A stretch of DNA of 64,000 nt, taken from positions 20,397 to 84,396 of the IMG/VR virus record IMGVR_UViG_3300037520_001276. One strand, 5' to 3'. Below, piece after piece: positions 28,394 to 38,023 of the stretch (position 1 is the first letter of the stretch; each line of letters starts with the position of its first letter). The position numbers and the translations under genes are program-made. The DNA comes from a virus. The notes below the pieces were generated by a model, which searched no databases, was not told the origin of the DNA, and was given only the letters and a program-made list of their open reading frames with translations.

Positions 28394-28996
28394 TTACCAA
28401 ATGTTTTCTTGTTTCATATATCCAAGAACACAAGTATAAGAATCGGCCATATCATAACATTCTTTTTTAAGTGTGTTGTTTCTTGTATAATGCCAAGTAA
28501 TTTGTGGTTCCTTATCTGAAACTCTTTTCCAAATAAGTTCTTTTTTGTCAACATCTTTAGGTAATCCACCAAACAAGACGTGTTTACCCTTATCGTTTTG
28601 TTGTACTAAATCAGGCCATGCAAATTTTCTTGAGTTGTATGTAGAAATATATGATGGAACAATTCCTAAGATATCATAAATTGATTTTGTAATCATAGAA
28701 TTATATCTAAGTAAAGTACCTACAGTCCAAACATTGTTTGAGTTAAGTAACGGCTCTTCAATTACGACACTTGTAATACCTAACTTTGTATAGTTTTGTA
28801 GTTTTTCTTCAAATGCGGTTACTTTCATCAAAAGTTCTTGAATTTTATCATCAACTTTTGGTTTTATTACAGGTGAGAAATGTGTTAATTCTAATAATTC
28901 TTGTGATTTAATATCAAATAAACTCCATCCTATTGTTTTTGTTGATATATCAAGACCCAACACCTTTGGTGAGTTCTTTAAATCTGTTTTTGCCAT
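28394..28996 (-). CDS. ruvC: RuvC-like Holliday junction resolvase
   Basis: LGLDIST, VIEEP and DMADS acidic triad. Confidence 0.85.
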   Translation of the reverse strand: MAKTDLKNSPKVLGLDISTKTIGWSLFDIKSQELLELTHFSPVIKPKVDDKIQELLMKVTAFEEKLQNYTKLGITSVVIEEPLLNSNNVWTVGTLLRYNSMITKSIYDILGIVPSYISTYNSRKFAWPDLVQQNDKGKHVLFGGLPKDVDKKELIWKRVSDKEPQITWHYTRNNTLKKECYDMADSYTCVLGYMKQENIW

Positions 28997-29002
28997 AAAA
29001 AT

Positions 29003-31195
29003 TTAAAAATCTAATTTAATAGGATACTGTTGAATCCCTTGTCTTTTTTCAGGTGATTGTATCTTAGAAATAACCATAAGTTCTTTCTCAGAGTTGTAAA
29101 GAGCAAGTTCGGTTACGTGTGGTGTCTTAGTTTTATCCCAAGTAGGGTTTGATGAATCAAAAAATTGTGTCTGACCTAAGTTACATAGATAGTTCATAAC
29201 ATAAATTGTTGCCTGAATATCTGTCTGAATTGTACCATAAAAATAAAACTCACCACCAAAATTAAAAGTAGTCCCCGTTTGATTTAAAGATGGAAGGTCA
29301 ATATAATTATCTAATCTATATGTTGGTGCAGAATTATACAAAGTTTCAGTTATTTGTAATGTAGTTCCTGTCAATCCTGTCACTGTTAAATAACCACCTA
29401 CGGTTGTTGCCGATAACTGTGAACTCATATCAATTTCTCTCCACTGTGTTGGGTCGGGTCTTGTCGTTCCATATGTTACTTTTTGTGCCAATATTTTTAA
29501 ACTATTCGCAGTAAAACCGCTTGGTGTTGTTCCAATTTGTGAAACTAAAAATGGAAACTCGTTTCCAAATCTGAATAAAACGTCTGTTGATCCTGGTATT
29601 GTTGTTTGGTCATAGCCCGATACTTTTGAGTAATAATTACAATGTAATGAGTTGGTAAATGCTGTATTGTTAAATCTATATGTTACAAATAAACTTTCCG
29701 CACTTCCTGATAATAATCCTGTAGTACTACCATCAGTACCACATAATGTATTTGGAATAATTAGTCCTAATTGTGGTGCCGGTAATGTCCAAGATCTGTT
29801 TGATTTGTTATTTAATGTTGCAACAATTTCTTCATCATCAAATATGACCATTTTGTAGTCAGGATAAACTTTACCTACCCTATTTGGTATTCCGTTTGTA
29901 TTTGGATGTGTGTCCCATAAATGATAGTACCTTAAACCAGGTGCATTAAAATTTAAGTCTCTTGTTGATTCCATATAATATTCTTGAAATAAATTAAGAG
30001 ATGTAAAACCTGATGGGTCAACATAAAAATCTTCACCTACAGTTCCATTACTATTTTTGTGCCACATTAACCAAGGTAAAGACAATTTAAAGTTCCTTGC
30101 TTGTCCTGTATTACCTGGATTTGTTGGGTCATATTCTTGAAATGCGAATTTTTCACCATAAAAATTATCTATAGCTTGATTTGTATAATGTAAAATAGCA
30201 ACCGATTTTTGATCTTTCGGTTCTACTGTAATTTTTTCAGACAATGAATTATAGTAATATACCGAATCGGTATCTGTCTGTCCCTCAGATTTATTGTAAC
30301 CGAAATATTCTTTTGATCCTGTATATCCTGTAGATTCGTAAAAATTATAATTTTGGTTTAAATTATTAAATACCCCTGCTGGTGATTCAGTCCAAGGCGA
30401 ATTCATGTTCCAAATAACCACATTTCTTTGTGAAACATCACAATTTGTTTCAAAATTAAACACATCAGTAGCCCAATATGGTTGTGGTGTGAAAGTATCA
30501 TATAGATCGGTCATTTGTTCGGGGTAAAATAAACAAGAACTATTTCCCGTTATACCCATAGAACTAAAATCAGGAACTTGTCTATCTACTTGTATAGTGA
30601 TGGTAGTTGCTGTTGACGTATTACCTGTTATTCCGACAACCTTATATGTAAACATAGGTCCATTATTAGATACTGGAGATAATAACCCATTTGTAAATAT
30701 TGTAATAAAATCACCTTCACTAACAGTACCAGAAACACTAACATTTACGCTACTATACGTTAATGTTATTGTATTTCCTGATGATAAAGTCGTGTTATCA
30801 ATTACAAAATTTGGATTTAATGTATACGCCGAAGTTGTAAATCCCGTACTACCAGTAAAAAATCCTCTTGGTGCTGCACTATTAAAAACATCATCAATGT
30901 ATGAGTCGTCAAATGGAATACCGAATGTACTTCCTGAAGTAGAATCAACAAATAAAGGATATTTAATGTTCATTCTATTTCTATCGGGTATTGGTGCCAT
31001 GTTTTGAGCATTATATTGTGGCATCAAAACATTTGACTCAACTAAATTCATTCCATTTACACAATTGTAACAAACTTCGCTATCACCTACTTGAAAATAA
31101 GCAATATCAAATTTTCCTTGTGAAAGTTTTTTTCTCGCAGCGTCTGTAAGTTGCGTATTAATTAATGCTGATGTGTTTTTAATTATGTATGACAT
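29003..31195 (-). CDS. Baseplate/tail-collar structural protein
   Basis: N-terminal LTDAARKKL..F.IAYFQVGDSE and C-terminal TELALYNSEKELMVISK resemble tail-collar fibre domains; TATTTAT at 31201-31207. Confidence 0.65.
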   Translation of the reverse strand: MSYIIKNTSALINTQLTDAARKKLSQGKFDIAYFQVGDSEVCYNCVNGMNLVESNVLMPQYNAQNMAPIPDRNRMNIKYPLFVDSTSGSTFGIPFDDSYIDDVFNSAAPRGFFTGSTGFTTSAYTLNPNFVIDNTTLSSGNTITLTYSSVNVSVSGTVSEGDFITIFTNGLLSPVSNNGPMFTYKVVGITGNTSTATTITIQVDRQVPDFSSMGITGNSSCLFYPEQMTDLYDTFTPQPYWATDVFNFETNCDVSQRNVVIWNMNSPWTESPAGVFNNLNQNYNFYESTGYTGSKEYFGYNKSEGQTDTDSVYYYNSLSEKITVEPKDQKSVAILHYTNQAIDNFYGEKFAFQEYDPTNPGNTGQARNFKLSLPWLMWHKNSNGTVGEDFYVDPSGFTSLNLFQEYYMESTRDLNFNAPGLRYYHLWDTHPNTNGIPNRVGKVYPDYKMVIFDDEEIVATLNNKSNRSWTLPAPQLGLIIPNTLCGTDGSTTGLLSGSAESLFVTYRFNNTAFTNSLHCNYYSKVSGYDQTTIPGSTDVLFRFGNEFPFLVSQIGTTPSGFTANSLKILAQKVTYGTTRPDPTQWREIDMSSQLSATTVGGYLTVTGLTGTTLQITETLYNSAPTYRLDNYIDLPSLNQTGTTFNFGGEFYFYGTIQTDIQATIYVMNYLCNLGQTQFFDSSNPTWDKTKTPHVTELALYNSEKELMVISKIQSPEKRQGIQQYPIKLDF

Positions 31196-31214
31196 ATTTC
31201 ATAAATACTTTGTT

Positions 31215-33143
31215 TTATAAAACCGTAGGACATGTTGGTCCTGTTTTTTGTGCTAAAGTAGATCTTGTTATTATTGTTGAATCTATTCCTTGGCAATTTA
31301 ATGGTGTGATCGATATGTTTCTTACTTGTAAAGTTATTAACGAATTCGCCCTCAAAGTACATGAATTAGTACTGGCACATGTTTCATAAATATACTGACT
31401 AATAGTACCTCCAATCGTTGCAGTGTTATTAGTTATTAAACATGCTGAGTATGTGGTTTGGAATCCGCTAACAATAACTTGTCCTCCCGCACAATTATTG
31501 TTAATTGTTGTACTTGAAGTCGGTGTTGTTGAAGTTGGTAAGTTTAGGGTTGTACCTGTCGATCCTGTAACAACGATGGTGTTATTTATTATTGGTTGAT
31601 CAGTTGCGTTTGTTGTGCCTGTTGTTGAGATATCAAAAACTAAATCAAACTGTACGGTACTTGGTTGATTGAACGGTTGTGTTGGTGTTAAACTAATTGT
31701 AAATGTAGTATTTTTTGTAAGTGTTGCAAAACTAGCAGCTTGAGTAGTTGTGTTAGATAATGGTGATGGTTCAACAAAATTAACATTAATTAAATAATTT
31801 ACAAAGTTTTGTACAGGAACAATACTAAAAGTTTGATTACCTGAATTTTGTATTGGTGACGAGTCTTTAACATAAACAGTGTATGGTCCACCCGCTAAAT
31901 TTGTTAAAAAGTTATTTGATGTAAAATTAATATTATCTAAAGAATATGTGTATGGTGCAGTGCCTCCAATAACATTAACGGTCGCAGAACCATAACTTGT
32001 TGAACATGCCGGGTTTTGTGTTTGAACGCTAATTTGAAGTGGCGAAGTTGTACAAACACCTGTAGTTACATTAATGTTAGATATAAACGCACCTGGCGTT
32101 GTCCAAGTACCAACAGGTGGTGTGTTTGGGCTTTGTAGGTAAGGAACATTACTACTTGACCATCCACTTATTGTCCATCTCGTTGTTCCGCTATTATAAT
32201 ATATAGTTTGTGTGCCGGCAGTCCAAGATGGGTAATTATTTATTGTGTTACCGCTGTAGTATGTTGTTTGATTTAGCGTTGCAGGATGAATTAATCTTGT
32301 AAAACAAAGTGGTCCTCTATATATTTGCGGAGTAATTAGTATATTAATACCGCTATTACATATTAAACAAGAATTATATGGGCCAGCAGATTTAACGGCT
32401 ACTTGATTTATAAATGTTTGTCCGCTATTTAATTCTGATCCTAAACTTTTCCAACACCCCATTTGTGATGTTAGTTTATAAATTTTATTAAGGGTAAATA
32501 AAGATGGTTGACTTCTTAAATAATAAACCACTTCTCCGCATTGTGGTGTTGATGTAAACATTTCGATTGTACCTAACCAGTCATCTATTGTTCCGGAAGG
32601 ACAATCAGTATCATCGTTTAACCAATTTAATGTAGTTAAAGTAAGGAAAGACGCCAATTCCCATCTTTCAAGTGTTGGGTTCCAACCTAATACAAAATTT
32701 TCATCTCCTGATCCTATATCTGCCATCCAAGTAAAAAGGTTTCTACCGTATTGAGTTCCTGTTGGTGTAAGATTAAATGTCTGAGCTTGTAATGTTGATG
32801 GGTTAGTCCATGTCAATGTTAAACCGCAATCACAAACTGAAGAACATTTTTGAAACTTTTCTAAAAAAAATGATTCGTATCCAACGGTACAGGTTGTCGA
32901 TGCGCTAAAATCACCATAGTAATCGGTTACATTTACAGTATAGTCTCCCGGTATTAAATTTGTTATATATGTACCTTGAGCACCATTACTCCATGAAACC
33001 GTATATGGTGGTGTTCCTCCTGTGATTAGTACCGCCATATAACCGTTAGATGACGCTGGTGTTGACGCATTTATAGTGTCACAATCAATACCCAAAGGTA
33101 AAAGAGTTACGATATTACAACTATTTCCACTTAAATCTGCCAT
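31215..33143 (-). CDS. SprB-repeat-containing virion/fibre protein
   Basis: GGTPPYTVSWSNG...L.PG.YTV.VTD and GGTAPYTYSLD...GPYTVYVKDS repeats. Confidence 0.75.
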   Translation of the reverse strand: MADLSGNSCNIVTLLPLGIDCDTINASTPASSNGYMAVLITGGTPPYTVSWSNGAQGTYITNLIPGDYTVNVTDYYGDFSASTTCTVGYESFFLEKFQKCSSVCDCGLTLTWTNPSTLQAQTFNLTPTGTQYGRNLFTWMADIGSGDENFVLGWNPTLERWELASFLTLTTLNWLNDDTDCPSGTIDDWLGTIEMFTSTPQCGEVVYYLRSQPSLFTLNKIYKLTSQMGCWKSLGSELNSGQTFINQVAVKSAGPYNSCLICNSGINILITPQIYRGPLCFTRLIHPATLNQTTYYSGNTINNYPSWTAGTQTIYYNSGTTRWTISGWSSSNVPYLQSPNTPPVGTWTTPGAFISNINVTTGVCTTSPLQISVQTQNPACSTSYGSATVNVIGGTAPYTYSLDNINFTSNNFLTNLAGGPYTVYVKDSSPIQNSGNQTFSIVPVQNFVNYLINVNFVEPSPLSNTTTQAASFATLTKNTTFTISLTPTQPFNQPSTVQFDLVFDISTTGTTNATDQPIINNTIVVTGSTGTTLNLPTSTTPTSSTTINNNCAGGQVIVSGFQTTYSACLITNNTATIGGTISQYIYETCASTNSCTLRANSLITLQVRNISITPLNCQGIDSTIITRSTLAQKTGPTCPTVL

Positions 33144-33144
33144 A

Positions 33145-33303
33145 TTATCTTGGTGTGTAACCTGGTCTTATATAACCATCATAAAATTCAATAGTTTCAA
33201 TTTCATCTCTTCTATTGTAGTATGCTATTTTTTGTTTTGTAAGTGTACCGGCGGTTGGGTGATCTACGGTATATGTTTCTATTTGATAAGTTCCTAAGTC
33301 CAT
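33145..33303 (-). CDS. 52-aa protein after a fibre gene (possible fibre chaperone)
   Basis: MDLGTYQIETYTVDHPTAG...; fills the gap; not in the track. Confidence 0.65.
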   Translation of the reverse strand: MDLGTYQIETYTVDHPTAGTLTKQKIAYYNRRDEIETIEFYDGYIRPGYTPR

Positions 33304-33305
33304 AA

Positions 33306-34604
33306 TTAATATTCTAAATAAACGTTCATTTGTTGTCTAACACTTGTTGGGTTTGTTGCCCATGTTGGTGTTGTCCATCTTATTTCTATTTTATCTCCTT
33401 CTGTAACTGCTAAGGGTGATGATAATACATAACTTATATTTGCACTTGAAGAGTCGTAAGTATATGTTGTTGTTATCGTACTTTGTGTTGATTGTGTAAA
33501 ATTATTTATTGTAAACGTACTAGTTTCACTAGTACCTAAAGCACCACCAACTGTTTGACAAATACCTACTCTTACAATATTTCCTGTTTTAGGTACAATA
33601 ACTCTTCTTCCATCGGATCCCGAAATAGGTGCTGTAAGATTGATTGAGTTACCTATATAATATGTCTGTGTATCACCAGGATTTAATGAATCATGTCCAA
33701 AAAATAAAGCGATTAATTGTTTAGGGTTCACTGTTATTCCACTTACTGTTAAAGTATTAGCAGAAACAGTATTTGCAGTAATTGATTGTGATGATATAGT
33801 TCCGTTTGATGTTAAACCCGAAACGTCATCAAACAAAACTGAAATAGAACCTCCAGTACTATTTGTGTAGGTAAAGTTATTATTAGAATACGTTGCTCCT
33901 GTTATAAAAACATCAGTCGCACCTGTATAAAACCCAGTCACATTAAAAGTACCTCCTGTATTATTTGTAAAAGTTGCAGTACCATTACTATATGTTCCTC
34001 CTGTAAGTCTAACATCTGTTGCACCTGTTAAAAAACCAGTTACATTAAAAGTGCCTCCGCTATTATTTGTAAAAGTTGCAGTTCCTGTTGAAGAATTATA
34101 AGTCCCTCCAGTTACTCTAAGATCAGAGGCTAATATTGACAAACTTGAAGTTAAAGTTACCCCATCATTTCTACTTAATGAAAGATTATAGTTGGAATTG
34201 TTAAATGTCACTCCTGTTACAAATGTATCGGCAGATATTGAATTATTATTTATAGTTATTGTTGTTGCAGATATTCCTTGCGGGAATACTACCGGACTTA
34301 ACATGTTTATTGGTGAACATCCTGAAATACTACTAGTGTAAAGGGTCCCGTTTGACCCACACAAATCTATTGTTGTTGCACTAAATGTATTAGCCGAAAG
34401 TCCTCCGATGAAGTTTGTTTGTGAATTCACAGTTCCTCCTGTAAATGTACTTCCTGAAAATATAGAAGTTAGCTGTTGTAATTCAGCTTTATATGATGAT
34501 CCAGCAGCGTTCTGCGATGGATCACCAGTATACACAATATGAATAAGTGTTGTTGGTGTAATAGCTGATGATTGTGCTAATGTTTTTTCTGTTAATCTTG
34601 CCAT
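33306..34604 (-). CDS. Tail fibre-like protein with TGGTY..GTATFTNN.GGTFNVTGF repeats
   Basis: Three to four internal repeats of about 28 aa; N-terminus shared with 39844-41853. Confidence 0.75.
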   Translation of the reverse strand: MARLTEKTLAQSSAITPTTLIHIVYTGDPSQNAAGSSYKAELQQLTSIFSGSTFTGGTVNSQTNFIGGLSANTFSATTIDLCGSNGTLYTSSISGCSPINMLSPVVFPQGISATTITINNNSISADTFVTGVTFNNSNYNLSLSRNDGVTLTSSLSILASDLRVTGGTYNSSTGTATFTNNSGGTFNVTGFLTGATDVRLTGGTYSNGTATFTNNTGGTFNVTGFYTGATDVFITGATYSNNNFTYTNSTGGSISVLFDDVSGLTSNGTISSQSITANTVSANTLTVSGITVNPKQLIALFFGHDSLNPGDTQTYYIGNSINLTAPISGSDGRRVIVPKTGNIVRVGICQTVGGALGTSETSTFTINNFTQSTQSTITTTYTYDSSSANISYVLSSPLAVTEGDKIEIRWTTPTWATNPTSVRQQMNVYLEY

Positions 34605-34614
34605 TTTAATTTAT

Positions 34615-34899
34615 TTATTGAAATTGATATTCGTCTCCATCTTGAAATTCAAAATAATCTCCGTCTTCAAATTGTTTATACGATGCCGATGATGTTTCAC
34701 AATAAACACATCCCACATCATCAATAATTTTTATAACATAACTAGGGTATGTTTCATATACAGATGGTAATGTAAAACTATAAGGTGTTGTTGTTATTGT
34801 GTCATGATACACACAAGTACCAAAACATGTGTCACATATCCATATATTATATGGCGATGTTCCACTTGTAATTGAATTAATTGTTACTTGATATGACAT
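34615..34899 (-). CDS. Small Cys-containing fibre adaptor-like protein (paralogue 1)
   Basis: G..PY.I..CD...C...ID..GC.Y pattern shared with the 41875 and 42178 ORFs; TATTTAT at 34905-34911. Confidence 0.7.
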   Translation of the reverse strand: MSYQVTINSITSGTSPYNIWICDTCFGTCVYHDTITTTPYSFTLPSVYETYPSYVIKIIDDVGCVYCETSSASYKQFEDGDYFEFQDGDEYQFQ

Positions 34900-34913
34900 T
34901 ATCTATAAATATT

Positions 34914-36524
34914 CTACCCTCTACTTTTACAGTTTCCATTTAATGTACAAAACTCAGTTAACAAACCTAAAGTTCCTACTTTATATATTTTAGTGCCGTA
35001 TTGTACATAATCAATAGTAACCGGTCTTGTTAAATTAATATCTCTATATATGTAAACACCTGTCTGTAAAACAGTGTCCGCTGAAGACGTGTAGAATGTT
35101 ATTGCCGCCCCAAAATTTGTTAACTGACAAACAGGGCAAGATAATGAGTATTCTCCTTTAGCTTCCCAACTTTTATATGTGGTTCCTGTTATTACAGGTG
35201 TATTACATTCTAAACAACTATCATAAACTGTTTGGGCGGAAGAAGTAAATATATTAGAGTTTGTAACAATAAATCCGCTTGGTGGTATATATCCAATAAA
35301 GTTTCCAATGTACTCATAACAAATCCCAGAATTTGTTTTTATAATATCATTTACAACCACATTTGATGGTGGGTATGATGTTTGAACTATCATACTATTA
35401 TTAGTACAAGACGTAAACACAAATGAAGTCCCAATAGGATATGTCGGAGTAGGTGTTGGTGTTGGAGTAGGTGTTGGAGTAGGTGTTGGTGTTGGTGTAG
35501 GTGTTGGTAAATCACACTGTGAACAACCTGATATTAAAATTTCAATTATTTCTTTTACGGTCCTATTTGGTGACCCACTTACACTTCTTTCATAAGTAAC
35601 ACACTGTATTTGGTCTGAATTAAAATCACTTAATGTCACAACAAACGTTGTCCCTGTTTGTATTTGAGTTCCGCTGTATATCAAACTATTGGTCACATAA
35701 TAAATGTCAGATGTTTGGCAGTCAACAAGTTTTTTAACTGTTGGACACACAAAAAACCCTTGATCTACCACAAAAGTAACACTTTCACCTGTAATTGGTA
35801 TTACCGGTGTAGGAGTTGGTGTAGGGGTTGGTGTAGGTGTTGGTGTAGGTGTTGGTGTTACTTCCTCAAAACTAATACTAGCAGTAAATACATTACAAGG
35901 GTCGGGTGTAGGGGTTGGTGTAGGGGTTGGTGTTGGTGTAGGTGTAGGGGTTGGTGTTGGGGTCGGTGTGGGTATTTCACACTCCAATAAAACATCAAAA
36001 TCTAAAACCGAACACGGATCTGTTGGTGGTGGTGTTGGTGGTGGACAAACTCCGTTTGTTTGAATAGATGGTGCAAGATCAGGACAAAAACTTGTTGTTG
36101 GAAAAGACCCATAAAATAAACAAGTTCCACCAAGAGACGTACTTAAACACCATTTAGTATTGTCAAAATATAAAAAACCAGGGTCAGTTCCTCCTGTAAA
36201 ATATAAATAACCATTATAAGAACCATCAAGACTATATGTTCCTGTTATACCTGAATAGGTATCTCCAAGTAGTTCTAAACAAATAATATCATCACAACAA
36301 GACTCACAAGAAGGGTGAGTACACCCTGAAACAACAGTTGCGGTACCAACTAATGATGTAGTGATTACTGGTGTAATACCACTAGATACCGTATAGCACC
36401 CATCAACAATAACGGTATCTCCTGTTATGTTAAATACAGTACCAATGGCTGTTAAACCACCCCAACTTGTTGCACTATATGATATTTGATTGTAACAACA
36501 ACTACTTAATATTATGTCCGTCAT
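34914..36524 (-). CDS. Cys-rich virion protein with three mucin-like (Pro-Thr)n tracts
   Basis: PT tracts at about 35443-35508, 35805-35859 and 35899-35973; TATTTAT at 36544-36550. Confidence 0.8.
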   Translation of the reverse strand: MTDIILSSCCYNQISYSATSWGGLTAIGTVFNITGDTVIVDGCYTVSSGITPVITTSLVGTATVVSGCTHPSCESCCDDIICLELLGDTYSGITGTYSLDGSYNGYLYFTGGTDPGFLYFDNTKWCLSTSLGGTCLFYGSFPTTSFCPDLAPSIQTNGVCPPPTPPPTDPCSVLDFDVLLECEIPTPTPTPTPTPTPTPTPTPTPTPDPCNVFTASISFEEVTPTPTPTPTPTPTPTPTPVIPITGESVTFVVDQGFFVCPTVKKLVDCQTSDIYYVTNSLIYSGTQIQTGTTFVVTLSDFNSDQIQCVTYERSVSGSPNRTVKEIIEILISGCSQCDLPTPTPTPTPTPTPTPTPTPTPTYPIGTSFVFTSCTNNSMIVQTSYPPSNVVVNDIIKTNSGICYEYIGNFIGYIPPSGFIVTNSNIFTSSAQTVYDSCLECNTPVITGTTYKSWEAKGEYSLSCPVCQLTNFGAAITFYTSSADTVLQTGVYIYRDINLTRPVTIDYVQYGTKIYKVGTLGLLTEFCTLNGNCKSRG

Positions 36525-36541
36525 TTAATTAATTGGTTTTT

Positions 36542-37738
36542 TTATAAATATACATCTTTACGATTTATCCAATTATTATTTGTATCATAAACCCAATAAA
36601 CCCACCTATATGGGTTTGAAGTTGATTTGAAACTTACATTTAATTTTTCTTGGTTGTGGTTTAAATCTACCCTATATATTAAATCTCCATTTATATCTTC
36701 AAAACCGATGTAAATAAATTTAAAATCTTTTGCTTTTGGTATGTTTAATTCAAATTCATAAGTTTGTTCCTCAATTAAAAACCATTCGGAATAATCATTG
36801 ATTGGTGGGTTAATTCCTTTTAAAGTTTTGGGGTGTAGTTTTCTATTTTTAAAATTTATTCCGGCATAATCCTCATATTGTTTATGGGTTCTAACGTTAC
36901 CTAAACCATATTCTTCTAAATCTATATTATTATCTTCTTCCTGTAACATGTGTCTTAATCTTTTTTTTGACTCATCATCCATTTCCCACCATTGTTTTTC
37001 AACGACACCTTTTGTTTTATTTTCTTGATTAAAATCTGTCCAATGTTTTGTTCTACCTTCTCTTGTGTATTCATGCCATACAACAGTTTTATGTGGATGA
37101 TATAAATCATAACCTAAAGTATATGACCTTATTGATAAGCTAATCTCATCCCCTGCAAAGTATATATTTGGGTCGTATTTGTACTCTTCACAATGTTTTC
37201 CTATTGTAAAAAAGAAATGACCACTAACAAATCTTGCAGGTATTGGTTTATCTAAAGTTTCCCAATTTTGTATTGCATGGGGTCTAAACATTATGGTACC
37301 ACCTTCTGTGAAGTTTGTTGCAACCATTTTATACGGTTCAACATTTAATAATTGGTTATCGTTTGGTCTATACATACCAGCATATGATGTAATTATCGGT
37401 TTTTCTGAATCGACCATATTCATCATATTAATTAATTCTTCGTCCCAATTTTCAATAAACCTGTGATGCGAATCTAATTGAAGTGTGTATTCTTCTCCTC
37501 TCCAAAGTTTTTGTATTTCAGAACGTGCCCAACAAAGTCCTTTACTTTCCGACCAATGATATTCTAAAACTCTAAACCTATTATCAAATGTAAATTCCTC
37601 TAATGATTCTGTTTCGTCACGTTGCCAACATATACCAAAAGTTAAATTTTCAGGATGTTTTGCCTTAGTTATACAATCTCTGATAGTCGGTAAAAGTTCG
37701 GGATCCCTATATGACGCGATTTGAACAAATATTTTCAT
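36542..37738 (-). CDS. GT60-family polypeptide GlcNAc-transferase (Skp1-Hyp GlcNAc-T / trypanosome mucin OGNT-like)
   Basis: IFVQIASYRDPEL, GLCWARS, YTLQLDSHHRF..WD, YDP.IYF.GDEI and V.WH.Y motifs. Confidence 0.85.
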   Translation of the reverse strand: MKIFVQIASYRDPELLPTIRDCITKAKHPENLTFGICWQRDETESLEEFTFDNRFRVLEYHWSESKGLCWARSEIQKLWRGEEYTLQLDSHHRFIENWDEELINMMNMVDSEKPIITSYAGMYRPNDNQLLNVEPYKMVATNFTEGGTIMFRPHAIQNWETLDKPIPARFVSGHFFFTIGKHCEEYKYDPNIYFAGDEISLSIRSYTLGYDLYHPHKTVVWHEYTREGRTKHWTDFNQENKTKGVVEKQWWEMDDESKKRLRHMLQEEDNNIDLEEYGLGNVRTHKQYEDYAGINFKNRKLHPKTLKGINPPINDYSEWFLIEEQTYEFELNIPKAKDFKFIYIGFEDINGDLIYRVDLNHNQEKLNVSFKSTSNPYRWVYWVYDTNNNWINRKDVYL

Positions 37739-37759
37739 AAATAAAAGTTATGAAAATAT
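37729..37759 (-). promoter_or_regulatory. 12-bp inverted repeat covering the GT60 start codon
   Basis: atattttcataa (37729-37740) / ttatgaaaatat (37748-37759), 7-nt loop. Confidence 0.5.
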
Positions 37760-37774
37760 AAAAATAAATGAATA

Positions 37775-38023
37775 TTATTGTTTGTTATTTGATCTTATTT
37801 CGGTACTTCTAATACCATTTTTAAAAACGACATAGTTTATTTCATCTAAAGTGTATTCAAAATCAAATTTCAATTCTTCTATTTTAGTGTAACATTCTTC
37901 AATAGTGTTTCCGTCAAAAACGTAGTTTCTTGTTAAAGTAATATCTGAAGTTTCAAATAAACTTAAAATTTCTATATCATTATATATTAATCTCCAAATC
38001 ATATTTAATAAGTAATTGTCCAA
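37775..38023 (-). CDS. Small hypothetical protein
   Basis: 82-aa ORF, true start possibly MIWRL. Confidence 0.65.
   Translation of the reverse strand: MDNYLLNMIWRLIYNDIEILSLFETSDITLTRNYVFDGNTIEECYTKIEELKFDFEYTLDEINYVVFKNGIRSTEIRSNNKQ

Noticed and set aside
35443-35973. (PT)n tracts as slipped-strand phase-variation microsatellites
   Set aside because: The unit is 6 nt (frame-preserving) and synonymously diversified
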